From Asterionella formosa (taxonomy: Eukaryota): a stretch of DNA of 45,437 bases. Under the pieces are notes generated by a model, which saw nothing but the letters and a program-made list of their open reading frames with translations, was not told the DNA's origin and did no database searches. The stretch spans positions 1 to 45,437 of the forward strand of contig NKIB01014258.1 of the NCBI GenBank assembly GCA_002256025.1, in the 5' to 3' direction. The position numbers were made by a program, and so were the translations under genes. Each line of letters begins with the position of its first letter. The first letter of the stretch is position 1. Shown here in pieces: positions 1-12,802 of this stretch.

Positions 1-25
1 GGTACCAGGGTACCGGGTACCAGGG

Positions 26-401
26 TGATAAAATATATGGAATCCAATGAGTCGAGACTCAATATTCTTAGTAGTGATTAGAAACCAAGACCCAAAACAT
101 GCGACACTTATTGACAAATGACTGGAGATGTTTACTTATTGACAAGTGAATCAGATGCTCACTTATTGTCAAATGAATAAGTGATGCTCACTTATTGTCA
201 AAGTAAGCAAGATCATTTTGATGGGATCAAGGAAAGTGTGAGAAGTCTTGTTCAGGATTACATGAGTAATCAGGCAAGAACAAGACTAGATAGACTATTA
301 ACAGAAAGCTCACAATATTACAAAGTGTTAAGTGAAAATAAGTTTTCAGCTTTAGTGATCTTTAAAGTAAGATCTGTGATATTTCAACTAGACAATTTAA
401 C
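26..401 (+). repeat. 5' LTR (right boundary approximate)
   Basis: Starts TG and aligns with 4686-4949 over about 270 nt. A plausible CA end (AATTTAACA at 401) precedes the gag ATG at 434. Confidence 0.75.
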
Positions 402-433
402 ACGTTTTATAATGAACCTACAGGTCTAGAGAA

Positions 434-3400
434 ATGGTTATGGCCAATGAGAAATCAGGTGAGACTGTTTGCTTGATCAAGTTTGATGGAAGCGAAACTG
501 CTTGGCATGAGTGGAGTATCAAGACTCTTCAGCTTGCGAAATCTAAAGGTTTTAGGCATCTTTATGCCAAAGACACGAAGCCAATCAATGATGATGCCTA
601 TTTGGTGTCTACTGATGATGACGAGAAGAAGAAGTACAAGTTGAATGACAAGGCATATCAGCTATTGATTCTTCGTGTCAGTGGGATTGCATTTGGGATT
701 TTTACTGTTGCTGAAGGAATGGGTACTATTACTTTATCAGATTTGAAATCTAAACTTCGTGCATTCTACAAAAGAAAGTTCAAGGATTTAAATACCAACG
801 AGATTGCTTTGTCTGCAAATGGTAAATTCAAGGGACTATGCAAGAATTGTGGAAAACAAGGACACAAGGCAGCCGACTGCCGATCCAAGAACAATACAGC
901 AGGCGCAAACAAAGAAACGAAAGGCAAAGGTGTCAAATGTTTCAATTGCAACAAGTATGCAGGTCACATTGCTAAGGATTGTCCTGAAGAAAAGAAAACA
1001 AAGGAAAAGAAAGAAACTGGAATGTTTGTTGGTATTGTTGAAACGATCGAAATTCATGATGAAAAGTCTGATACAGATGATGATTTTGAAATAATTGACT
1101 TGACTACAAACAACAAGACGTTTTTTGACTATGAATATGTTGAAGACACAAAGGTCTACATTACATGCGAAGAAACAGAAAAAGAGATCAATCAAGCACA
1201 ATCTGCAAGCATCAAAAACAGTGAGAGTAAAATTTGCGCATCAAGCGAGGAAAATGAACGTTGGTTAGCTGATACAGGCGCAACCAGTCATATTACTATG
1301 TGCAATAATTATATGACAAATGTGAAAGCAGTAAATGTACGCGTTGTTATAGGCGATGGTAAAGAATTCATTTGCAAGGAAGGCGGAGATGTCTGCGTGC
1401 AAAACAAAGTGACCAATGAGACTCTCTTGCTTAAGAATGTCATATATACACCTACCTTTCATAAAAATATTATCAGCATTGGTACTTTTTTACGTGATGG
1501 TAAATACGAACTAAGTATGAAGCACAACAAAATGACTTTGACAAAAGCGGGAAAAACTGAGATGCTAGATTTCAAATGATGTGATCATTCGGATGTTTTG
1601 TACTATTTCCAAGGAACTCGTGGAATTTACCCAGGTGGGAGTGATATCTTATCTGCAGAGGTCATCACAACGAAATCGACCAGTATGGACATTAATGAAG
1701 CTCACGCTAAATACAAACATATTGGGGAAGCAGCATTGCGGGCTACTATGAAATTGCTTGGTATCAAAATGACAGGTGTGATGTATACATGTGAAGGATG
1801 TGCGCTAGCTAAGTGCTAAAGCAAAAAGTGTTCCTAAAATGACTGTGAGCAAGGCTACTCAACCGGCTGGGCGAATGTTTGTGCACAGATATCAGCGGTC
1901 TATATAAAAAGTCGATTTTAGGAACAAATGACTATTGGATCCTTGTTGTTGACGATTACACCGGAAAATCTTGGAGTTTCTTTGTTAAGAAGAAGTCACA
2001 GGTTGCTTCAAAGATTGAAGATTTGTTGACTAAACTCAAAACGGCTGAGTATGTTACCAAGTTTCTCCGTTGTGACAATGCGGGTGAAAACGTCTCAGGT
2101 TTGACAAAGCTATGTGACAAATTCAATATTCAAATTGAGTTTATGGCACACTACACGCCACAACAGAATGGAATTGTTGAGCAAAAGTTTGTAATCATTC
2201 GTCAACGAGCATGTGCAGCAATGTTTGCTGCAAAATTTAATGATGAATTTCAAGGTTTACTTTGGGCAGAGGCCATCAACACCAACACACGAATCACGAA
2301 CATTGTGGCCACATCTAATGATGTAAAAAGTGCAGATGAGAAGTTTTACAAAAAGGTTCCAATGATTTACGATCATCTAATGCATTTTGGCAGGATCGGA
2401 TGGGTGAAAATTGGTGCTAAGAAAACAAATAAACTCGAAGAAAAGGCCATTAAATGTGTGATGGTTGGTTATTCTCATGATCATGCTGGAGAAACTTACC
2501 GAATGTTTAACCCTCAGACACGAAAGATTTTAAATAGTCGAAACATTTCCTGGGCTAATTGGCATGGCCAAACAAGTCCAATCGCAGGTTTGAGGGGGGT
2601 TTTCAATGTGGAAGGGGAAACAGAAGTGGTTGTTATTCCAATTGATGATGAAAAGCAGGACGAAGATGTTATTCCTGCTGTCGTGCCACCTATCCAGCAG
2701 GAAATTGATCTGGAAACACCTGTTCCAGTTGTGAAACAAACAAGATTTCAGCTATCCGAAGCAGAGGGGAAGTTAGATGATGAGATCAACAAAGATGCTT
2801 CGAAGAAAGCAAAATTGGAACGAGAATTGAAACGACGCCTTGATGGTTGGAAAGAAGTTACTGGCAAACGCACCAGTGCTCGGCGCAACATACAACTAGA
2901 TGACAAGGACAAAGGATCAATTGAAGGAATCGATAATGCTGAATCGGACTATCAACAAGATGATTATGAAATATTTCAAAGTGAAGAAGGAGTAGAGAGG
3001 TTCTATGTATATTCTACTACTCTTGCTTCAGATCCTGGTGAGCCAAAGCATTACAAGAAGGCTAGTATGAAAGTAGATGAGAGCAAGCAGTGGACCGTTG
3101 CTATTAAAAATGAAATCAACAACTTCTACAAGCGAAATTTTTGGAAAATGGTTCCTCTTGACAATCTCAATGGCAGAAAACCGTTAGGCACACGCTGTGT
3201 ATTCAAGAAGAAGTCTGAACAGGATAAAAGTATTTGATACAAAGGATGTATTGTAGTGAAATGCTACATTCAGATCCCAGGACTGGATTTCACTGATTCA
3301 TTTGCTCCAGTTGCAACAGATGCTTCAATGCGTATGATATTCGCTCTCTCGTTCTACAAATGGGATAAGTCTGAAGAAATACGATGGGTTTGTGAAATCA

Positions 3401-4685
3401 TTGATGTTGAAGCTGCTTTTCTTGAAGGAGACATGGAAGAGCAAATCTATATTGAATGGCCAGATGGGGTTTTAGACTTTGTTTTCGAAACAAAAGAAAC
3501 AATGAAAAACAAATGCATTAAGTGGAGAAGGCCATGTATGGCACAGTTCAAGCAGCGCTACAATTCTTTAAGAAGATGGTTCAAAACTTAACCAAAGCAA
3601 GTTGGAATGCGACAAAGCAAGGTCGATCCATGTGTTGTATTCTTCATCAAGGAAAATAATGCACTAATCCTAATAATTGCCACACATGTCGACAATTGGT
3701 TTGCAGTTGCTGGAAAGCCAAATAATATTAAATGGTTCAAAAATGAAATCAAGAAACACTTCACAAGTAAGGAGCTTGGCCCTTTGAAAAAGCATTTGGG
3801 AGTGTGGTACAATTGGGGCGAAGATAAAGTGGGACGGTACTTGGAGTCGAGCATGGAGGATTTTGTGCATGTTATGCTCCAAGATTCTCATGATCTTTTT
3901 GGAAAGTATCCAAAAGATGCATCAACCCCAGCATTTCCAGGAATTGTTCTCAGAAAGAATCCAGACAAAGTGACTCTCCATAAAGAATATCGTTCAATGG
4001 TTGGAAAATTGTTGTATTTTGTGAAGAAAGTTGGACAAATATGCGCGAATGCATGTCGTGAACTTTCTCAACATTTAGAGAATCCAGGTGATGCCCATTG
4101 CAGTGCTGTTGAACGTTTGTTTGGTTTCATTGCAACTGATGAAAGGAACAGAAAATTATAAATGAGACCACCAGCACATGAATTACGAGTTCAAGATGTG
4201 GTAGACAGCTCATTTGGGGACAATCCACCAGATACTAGGAAATCGACAAGTGCATATTTGGGTACGATTGGTGGTGCATAGCTAGTGAATTGGATTTCGA
4301 AAGGACAGAAGATTGTTACTGTTTCCAGCACTGAAGCAGAGTATGTGGCTCTATCAGATGGATCAAAGGAAACTACTTTTATGATGAATCTACTCAATGA
4401 AGTTGAATACGTGGAAATAACCAGTATCATTGCAGAAGACAATACAGGTGCAATTTTTCTATCAAAGAATCAGCAGGTTGGTTCACAAACTAAGCATATT
4501 GATGTGAGATATCATTTCATTCGAGAGAAGGTAAAGGCTGGGGATATTAGAGTTGACTATGGAATACTTTGAAGAATCCCGCAGACCTACTTTCAAAGAA
4601 TGTCACTCAAAAAATTCATGACACTCATGCAACCCACATTACTATGAATGGGACTATGGATTGTTGGTTTCGAGATCAGGGAGGG
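434..4685 (+). pseudogene. copia gag-pol polyprotein, disrupted
   Basis: Zn knuckles CKNCGKQGHKAADC and CFNCNKYAGHIAKDC; protease WLADTGAT; integrase HAKYKH..CEGC, VVDDY, LRCDNAGE, TPQQNGIVE; RT DVEAAFL and HVDN; RNase H SSTEAEYVALS, EDNTGAI, KHIDVRYHFIRE. Stops at about 1579, 3237, 4161 and 4281, plus frameshifts. Confidence 0.93.
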
Positions 4686-4949
4686 TGATAAAATATATGA
4701 AATCCAATGAGTCGAGAATCAATATTCTTAGTAGTAGTGATTAAAAACCAAGATCCAAAACATGCGACACTTATTGACGAATGACTGGAGATGTTTACTT
4801 ATTGACAAGTGAATCAGATGCTCACTTATTGTCAAATGAATATGCTTACTTATTGTCAAAGTAAGCAAGATCATTTTGACGGGATCAAGGAAAGTGTGAG
4901 AAGTCTTGTTCAGGATTACATGAGTAATCAGACAAGAACAAGCAAGACT
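4686..4949 (+). repeat. 3' LTR, truncated
   Basis: Near-identical to 26-295. Similarity stops after GTAGACTA (about 4949). Confidence 0.88.
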
Positions 4950-5425
4950 GGGTAGACTAGAACGTATCTCCAATATTCGTGCCAAAACGTGTGATTACCC
5001 TGTTTAAGGATGACTCTCAGTTTAAAAAAAATAAGAATGACTCTCAGTTTTTAGGTGGTACCCTGGTGTTAGGCTGAAATTACGGTGCACGAAATACGAA
5101 GATCGAATATTGCGAAGCTATCGCAGCAAAATCTTCGATCTTTGTATTCGGGAAATTTTATGGCCACCTTACGGTCCCAAAGATTAAATAGTATGTCAAT
5201 CCATATGTCAAATCACCGATCTCGAGAATTGAAATTTATTTCCTACATGAAAATTAGTAGTCTCGTCCGCAGGAATATTATAGTAATTAATTATGATGAA
5301 AATTGTCAACACTCAATGCTCCATCATCATCATTGCTATTGTTGTTTTAAGGTGATCGGCCTTCACATCGTCCTATATCCTTTCTCCTCTGCTCGTCCCA
5401 CCACCAGCATCTCTCTATTATCACA

Positions 5426-6240
5426 ATGGCGACTGAAGGACCAATAGAATACTCAACTGAGGAGGAGCATTCCTTTTGCGACCGTATTCGATATTGGATA
5501 GGCGGCCCCATTTAAGTGCACATGCTTCGAAGTGTACAGATTGCCATTATATTTGCTGCTGGTTGTGAACTTCAACACAGGTTTGCATCTAGGGAGGAGA
5601 AGAAATTTCGAGATATGGCTGAAGCGTATTTTCGAATTCTGGATGAAGACCTCAAGGATGATATGTGTGATACCGCTATAAAAACTCAACTGCGATATGC
5701 ATTGGGGTCCAAGGATAAGTCGAGCATGACTGGCGATACCTTATGGAGAAAGTGGCAGGAGATTAGAAACAAACTTCGCAACAGTATCATTTCTAGTTCA
5801 AACATCGCCCAGGATATGCACAAACTTCCAAGTGGACAAGGTTTGAAGGATGCATATTTCAAATTTGTCTGCAATATTTAAAAGCAAAGTTTCCAAAAGA
5901 AGAATCCAATGTATCAAATCATGATTGATGGAGTTGATCTACCTGGTCAATCAACCAGCAGACTCGAAATCATGGTTGTTCCAAGCCCACCCAATCATTG
6001 GGAATACAGGGATCCAACTTTGTGCTATTTGCTTACTTTAAAGATTTTTCGGAAGAATATGCAATTGGTTCCAGATGAGAAAAGACAGTGATGTTGTAAA
6101 TATAGTCGACAAGAGATGCTGCTGGCAGATCGCGAAGAGAAGAGGAATAAGGAGCATGGAAGGAGCAACAAACGAAAGCATCATCATGATGAATATTCAT
6201 CACCAAGCAAACAGAAAACCCCAACTATGATGGATGTCGA
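5426..6240 (+). pseudogene. Disrupted ORF, probably transposon-associated (possible Myb/SANT-like helix)
   Basis: ATG at 5426 is in frame with ORF 5516-5881 across a TAA at 5513. Contains LWRKWQEIRNKLR. Continues through further stops and frameshifts, convergent with a DDE remnant. Confidence 0.4.
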
Positions 6241-6279
6241 TGCTCAATTTTCAAGGTTGCCACCATTTATTGTCTATAC

Positions 6280-6790
6280 CAATTTTCGAATGCGTTCAGC
6301 TATGATAACTGTTGCTCCTAGACACTATCTCACCACCATTGTCATAGACTTTTCTTTATCCTTTGGCTGCAGAGGCCCAGGTTACTCAATGCTTTCATCT
6401 GCAAGTTCAGCCAAGCACATTGGCGTCAAGAAAACATCAACCCCGATTTTCCTCACATGCTCCGCCCATCGATTTCTTCATTGATGAAGTCGAGGTAGCT
6501 ATATTGACGACATCAGGTGGCGCAGGCTTGTGTATAGATTGATGATGCCAAAAGCATTGCTTCCTTTTCCGGTAGGTACCTATTTGTCAACATTGTTTGG
6601 GTCAATCCATTCTTGTTCCCGCAAGACCAGAAGCAGTTATCCCTTTACTTCTCCCCCCAAGAACCTTCATTTCTCTTTCACAATTGTCCTGACGTTTGCA
6701 GAGCATTTTTAGTTCCCTTTTATTTTTTCTACTGGTTTTGATCCCTTTGGCATTCAAGTCAAAAAATCAAGCGACTCATTGAGATTTCTA
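6280..6790 (-). pseudogene. IS630/Tc1-like DDE transposase remnant (not in ORF track)
   Basis: Minus-strand translation across stops and shifts gives LVLREQEWID..GKGSNAFGIINLYTSLRHLMS..DFINEE..KIGVDVFLTPMCLAELADESIE, collinear with the 36332-36944 copy. Confidence 0.65.
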
Positions 6791-7707
6791 GAGGTTTCGG
6801 TCAGTGGCACCATACAGCAACAATCAACACATCATGGCGGCTGTTCTCCATTTTCTGTAGCAAGTGACATGAAAGAAGGTCAGGGATCATTGGGGGGAAA
6901 ATTAGTAGGCTTCTCTGTGTTTGCCCCCTCCCGTTTGGCATTCTACCCCCATTGCTTCCTCTCAATCAAAAACAGTAAAATTGAAAACCGTAATTAGATG
7001 AAATGTTACTTGCGGTTTCTAATATTTTACATTGTTGCACAACTGAAACATGAATACATAAATGGGCATTCAACTTGTGCTTCTTGCAGTTTTGCAGTAT
7101 AGACTGGCCGGTGGGCGATAGGTCAAAGTGTCTGGCTTTTCATTTACAAAATAGTGCTTTTGTCAAGGTTTGTGTCTAAATCCAACTGCTGCCATTCATT
7201 GAACCCTTCCAGATACATCAAAGTATACGCTCCTGTCTTCAAAGGTAAGGAACTAGTACGATGACAAAGGAAATCTAATGAGACATGAAAATTACGAAAC
7301 CAGAATCACTCTGTTACTATACATATACAGTCTCATGCTTCTTCGTGCATATCGCCTGCTATGCTGCATTTCAATTCTAGATGTATTACGTTTTTGTTAG
7401 AGAGACGATGTAACATAGAAGTAGATTATGCTGTTCTATAATGGATGCTATTTAGCTATGATTGAGGTTGTAACACTCATCGATGCTCTGGTGACAGACC
7501 GGAAATATTCTTTTTGTGTGATGAGCCATTTGGTTTTCATTGGATTTCTTTTCAAGCTCTTAACGGATTGCATACGAACATACTGTACACTGTAGATAGT
7601 GATTCATCAAAGACATATAGTGACTTGAACGACAAATGAAGATTTTATCACAAACACTTGTTCCTCTGCTCTACATGGCTGCTTTGTCGTTGTTGCAAGA
7701 ATCAGAG

Positions 7708-7958
7708 TGAGGACTGGAGAGGATGATGAGCCAAACCACATTACTTTAGCTGGTACGACATTATCCTACCAAGAAATTTAAATAAAGGAGCCTAACAGAA
7801 ACAGTACATATAATAATTAAATTTACATAGTCAAAAGGGTTACTATTTAAATTACAAGGGCATTTATCAAAATTATTAGATGATATAACGAAAAATTATG
7901 ATCAGATGATCATAATCCTATGATGCATCATGGAAATATGATGGTTTTATTTTGCAGA
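7708..7958 (+). repeat. ~250-bp dispersed repeat, copy 1
   Basis: Near-identical to 35657-35910 (TGAGGACTGGAGAGGATGATGAGCC...TTTGCAGA). Confidence 0.93.
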
Positions 7959-10799
7959 AGATGTCACATGGAGCGCTGTTGCTCCGTCCTGTTCACCACG
8001 CATTGATTCAAGGCAGCGATCAATTTACCGGTATGTACGCACTGACGGCAGAATCTCACCAGCGTATAAATCTATTTTTTGCCGGCATTATCATTATGTA
8101 CAACCATTAAAACAAATGAAAAGCTATGTTGTTATTAGTCCTCTGAGTAGAATAGATTATTTGCTAGTATATTATGAAACGAATTTTATTGTAGCTTGTA
8201 TACTTGTTTAGATATAGTCGAAAATGTATAATCGGAAAACTCACAATGGCGCTCAACACTATCGATGATTTCTCGATCCCTCTTTGTCGCATCAAGATGC
8301 AACACTTTCGAACAGATGCGCCATTCTACGATAAAACATAATCTACTCGAGATTACATTTTAAAAACCCATTATTCATTCATAATTCAATATTTAAACAA
8401 AATTGTCTTTCATCGTTGTCATGGCTTCTTGGTCAATCAGCAGCATCGTCATGATGCTTACCTGTTACCATTACCAGGTTATCTCCAGCAGTTACTATTG
8501 TATGACCTATATGTTTTATGTATGAGAATTGTCAAACAACAAGTGGAAGGCTGTCACGCGATAGACCTAATTAAATATTTCTCAAACCGTCACGAAAAAA
8601 ATGGAAGATCAAAATTTCCTCATGTATGTGTTAAAAACCAATATACTGAAAGTCATCCTTTTGAGGCAAAACGATGACATCAGAATCTTTTATATCTCAA
8701 GAAATATTGAGCTCACCCAAGTTATAATTAGATCTAGTAGTACCCGAGAGGATGAGCTACAATAACCTTCAAACTTGCTTCAACATTGCCATGTAATCGG
8801 ACTAAAATAATTTGAGTCGTAATATAGGGTAAAATAGGGATGACTCTCAGTTTTTATCCCCCCCCCCAAGCAATTCTTCTTCTTCACACCCTGAATTTTG
8901 TTAAAGTAACTTTTTAGATACATCTTTATCATTAGACAAAGGAGGTTATAGATAGAGACATTTGTTTTTCTTTCGTTTCTATTTTCTTATTGTGAGTTAC
9001 TAAACTAGTTAGATAGACCCATGTCTATCTCACACTTACTGATCATAGGTTTATAATCAGTGATCATTCATTTCAAACTATCGATCTTCCGAAATAGCTT
9101 ATATCATTCCAGCTCATTGTAGGTAGACGAATAACAAGGTTGAACGTGTGGCTGATGAGAGCTTGGTACATCAAAATTGACTCATTCGAATCATTTGACT
9201 CATTTGAATCCGAGTCATAACTACGTAGATGAGCTCACTTTAAGAGACTTCTTTCTCGGGTGGACCACACCCAACCATACCTAATACAGAAAGAACTGAT
9301 AATGCGTTGCAAGGCGGACGAGGATACGACAAAAAATATTGTTACTATACTAGGATGAACACAAAATTTAAATAACAACTCACAATCACTTCATTTCAAC
9401 TTCAAGCAAATGATAGAATGTAGATGAAATGATTAGTGAATATAATAAATAGCTAGCAATTTGTAGTCTCAGTGCTACTAGTTCTGTCGACAATTATTGA
9501 CAGCATTCAATAATGGCATCATTATTGAAAGCTTCTTCTGGCAGATGCTTGAACCAAATTCCCCCATTTATTTCAATAACTAGCAATTCATTTGAATCAA
9601 AGTTTCAAAATCAGAATTTTGATCGCAAAATTATAGTCTTAAGTAAATCTATCCAGACTACTAGCTGGTATGAATAATCTTGCACAATGAGCAGAGCTTA
9701 GCTATGATATGCACTTCCATCGCTCATGAAGCCCTTTGTTGAGGAGTCTATTATTAAAAACCTGATGGAGTTCAATCATCACTGCCTTATATAATTCAAT
9801 GAATCATGTTCTTTCTTCTTTTGTTTGCATGTTTATCAAGCCAACCTGATTTACCAGCTTGCAACAAATGGTGGACTCCCAGTGAGAAATATACATCATG
9901 GTGACAGAGAAGCCACTAAGCTCGGTCGTTTCCATCATTCAACAATCAAAAATGTGCTGGAGTTACAAATATTAAAATTGATCATTATTAGGCAGCAAGT
10001 ACATTCTAAGGAAGGGTCTAGAAAGGAGAACAGGGTGGTTAATCGATGATTGCTGGCAATCAATTGGGCTTGAATTTGGCAGAATTGACAACGAAAACAA
10101 ATGATTCATTCTCCATACTAGTTTTGTAAACAGAATTGATCAGACAACTACATAATCAAACTAATATTTACAAGGCTGTAACTTATGATCGTTAACAGCC
10201 TATGTTAAAAACCACATGCCACACATGCAACGAGCTGTTAGGATGGTAGCTGCTTTACCAACATGCAACCAACGCAACATACCACAACACAAAGTTCACT
10301 TACAATTTCTCTGAAGAGCTAGAAAGTATATTAAAGAATGAATATGAATTATGGATTTTGTTTGATTGCTTTGATGAGCTTTATAGTGCAGGAATACCAA
10401 AGGTGAGCTGTGGTAAACTGCAGATCAATAATATATGGTTTCGCAATATTGAATGTTTTTTAATGATTGTGACAAGGACAACGAAAAGTTCATGCCAACA
10501 ATATTCTTTCCAACTCTGGGATGTACTTAAATGATCCTCTGGTACTTGATATTCCATACCCCAGTCATACTTACAGGTATTGTTATCAATCTCCCATTAA
10601 TAGAAAAATCTAGATTTTCCGGTCTTTTATCTACGTGTAGAACCATCATACCAGGTAAATGTAGTAGGGCACCAGGAACTGGTACTGTACCGGTAACCCA
10701 ATGCATCATGTACCAAGATCAATCTATACACCTGAATCCGTCATCCGTTTTACACTGTACAAAAGTATTGAAGGCAGCAAGTCATTATTAGGTTTTCCT

Positions 10800-11071
10800 G
10801 AACCTAAAATTCCAAGAATTGAAATGGAAGTTTAACTTTGTCTGTAGCCTTTTACCAATATTTGTCTTTTTTGTCATCCACCATCCACTTAAATTGCAGC
10901 GTCCTCGTCTGCATAGTTCTTCCCAAGGCGACAGAGGCTTATTTCAGCAAGGACATTCATTGGTATCTGTAGGAGTAACCCATGCTCAAGAGAGACAAAT
11001 GCAGAAATCATTGAGCCTGTACCTTCATCCTTTGGAAGTAGTGGCCATTCTCCCTTTGAACCAACCCACAT
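10800..11071 (-). pseudogene. Fragment of a DDE transposase, probably the same IS630/Tc1-like family
   Basis: WVGSKGEWPLLPKDEGTGSMISAFVSLEHG resembles the upstream catalytic-domain segment of this family (recalled motif PKxxGxxxMISAF). Confidence 0.55.
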
Positions 11072-11097
11072 CTTAGGGATTACATGAAAAAGACAGC

Positions 11098-11163
11098 TGG
11101 AGAATGCAGGAATCGAACCCGCCGCTGCAGAAGGGTGTGCTAACCACTGAGGAGCCGTTCCCC
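11098..11163 (-). pseudogene. tRNA-Ala(UGC)-like pseudogene or tRNA-derived element
   Basis: Reverse complement reads GGGGAAC..CAGTGGTTAGCAC..TCTGCAG..GCGGGTTCGATTCCTGC ATTCTCCA, then TTTTT. It shows a G3:U70-type acceptor stem, A/B boxes and a TGC triplet, but is only 66 nt. Confidence 0.65.
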
Positions 11164-12076
11164 TGACAATCGCTTACTCTGACTGCCTGCTAAAAGCCTT
11201 GTCACTAAAAAAACTTTTCCCATCATGACGGTTTCAACTGTGAAGGGAGGGTAGGAAAGACTTTCAATTTGATGGTAACAAAGAAGAAATAGTGATGTTT
11301 CCGATTTTGGAAGGAATGCATGGTGTATACCTGCACTTATTGGCCACCTTGAATCTCTAGAGTGTTGGGTGCAGAACTTATGTGAGGAAGCACCTTGTTG
11401 ACCAACCTTATCATCAAAGCTTAATTAAACTGTACTGTATCCTCAATTGAGTACTTCTGGAGCATGTATAGCTGCAATTGGTCTGCCAGTAGCTAGCGGT
11501 CATGAAGTGCTTGTTCCCTTAGCTAATTGCAGCCTTGAAACAAGTCAATATAAATGGATGGGTGTATTGTTTGCTGTGTGCACCAATGTCTCTTTGGCTC
11601 ATGATGGTTAAATACAGCTATCAATGCATGCAGGAGACAAAGTGATCTGGAGAAATACACCACCATTGTCAGAGGGAACGAAGCAAGTGTAATGATGAAG
11701 CAAGTGTAATGACATAGCTAATAGAATCTTCATCCAACCGAAAGCTAAAAAAATAACATACCAGCTCTACTATTTCTTCGTGCACCCAGCCATTATAGAA
11801 ATGCTTCTTCTAATTGGCTACGGTCAGAAAATATAATAAGGGGGTCATTCTCGACCAAGACCGAAGCAAATATGGTCTTGGTTTATGCGGTGGCTAAAAT
11901 ATTTTAGCTTATTGGACCAATGTGACGCATCGTGACATTTAATGACCCCCCAACTGCAATTGATCTTGGTCCTGGTCGATGCGGTGGCCCTGCTCAAATT
12001 CTGGTTGAAACTAACTTGTGTCAACAGCAATTTATCTCATTTTTGCAATCGTTTGCCAGTTATTTCTATTAGCAGT

Positions 12077-12802
12077 ATGTCCACTGATTCGATATCCCCA
12101 GGCTGCCAACGAGTCCGCTTCGAGATGGAGGGTGAAGAGATAAAGACGTCGATTCACCCTTCCAACTTTGTTCGCGAGTCATCCGATGATTTCCGTCTCT
12201 GGTGGCAACCGGATGAATTCGTATCCATGAGGAAAGCATCCTTCAATGTCGCGAACATAGCGAAAGAGTTCGACCGCTCATTTGCCATTAACAAGGCAAT
12301 ACCATCCTATACTGCGACACTCTCCAAGGTCTACGCGAAGATAACAAATGGCAAAGTTTTATCGAAAGCTTTGCTTGGTGATCTTGTCTACTGGACTTCA
12401 AACGGTCACTCTCGTCGAGGTTTGGAGACCATCATCATCGAGGACATTCTGCAAGAGCGAGTGAAGCGACGAAAAAATATTACTATTGCGATCCTTTACA
12501 TGCAAGAGAGGTGCATTGAAATCGAAATGGAAGATGAGCAAAGAACGGAAATGATGCGAATCGCGTCTGAGCGTTTGAGCTTTGCTGCTACTGAAATTGC
12601 CCTCGTTATGGGAAATGCAGATATGGTAGCTGTCTATGGTACTACTCGAACCAATGTGCGAAAGTCTTCTGTTGATTCCAAGAATGAAAAGCTAGAAAAG
12701 GAACACATGCACGGAGACGACAAGGCGTCACATGTGAACGGCACCCTCCTTTCACCCTTGCTTTTGCCTACACCCCTATTGATCATGAACCGATCTGCTT
12801 AG
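12077..12802 (+). CDS. Hypothetical protein (241 aa) with VRF..WW..E..RGLE motif pattern
   Basis: Long clean ORF with likely start at the ATG at 12077 (MSTDS). The motif pattern recalls a diatom-expanded uncharacterised family. Confidence 0.75.
   Translation: MSTDSISPGCQRVRFEMEGEEIKTSIHPSNFVRESSDDFRLWWQPDEFVSMRKASFNVANIAKEFDRSFAINKAIPSYTATLSKVYAKITNGKVLSKALLGDLVYWTSNGHSRRGLETIIIEDILQERVKRRKNITIAILYMQERCIEIEMEDEQRTEMMRIASERLSFAATEIALVMGNADMVAVYGTTRTNVRKSSVDSKNEKLEKEHMHGDDKASHVNGTLLSPLLLPTPLLIMNRSA

Larger units (their letters stand above)
26..4949 (+). mobile_element. Degenerate Ty1/copia LTR retrotransposon
   Basis: Direct repeats starting TGATAAAATATATG at 26 and 4686. Polypurine tract GAGATCAGGGAGGG lies just before the 3' repeat. 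Internal domain order is gag-PR-IN-RT-RH (copia order). Confidence 0.95.

Noticed and set aside
181..429. 82-aa ORF
   Set aside because: Lies inside the LTR with a non-ATG start.
434..4685. Stop-codon readthrough or an alternative genetic code
   Set aside because: Stops are mixed TGA, TAA and TAG with frameshifts, while host genes are clean in the standard code; this is ordinary decay.
8899..9287. Solo LTR (TG...CA)
   Set aside because: No matching target-site duplication and no second copy in the window.
9400..10500. Possible decayed coding sequence (also 14160-14900)
   Set aside because: Too degraded to assign any motif by eye.
11098..11163. Functional tRNA-Ala gene
   Set aside because: Too short, with disrupted D and anticodon stems.
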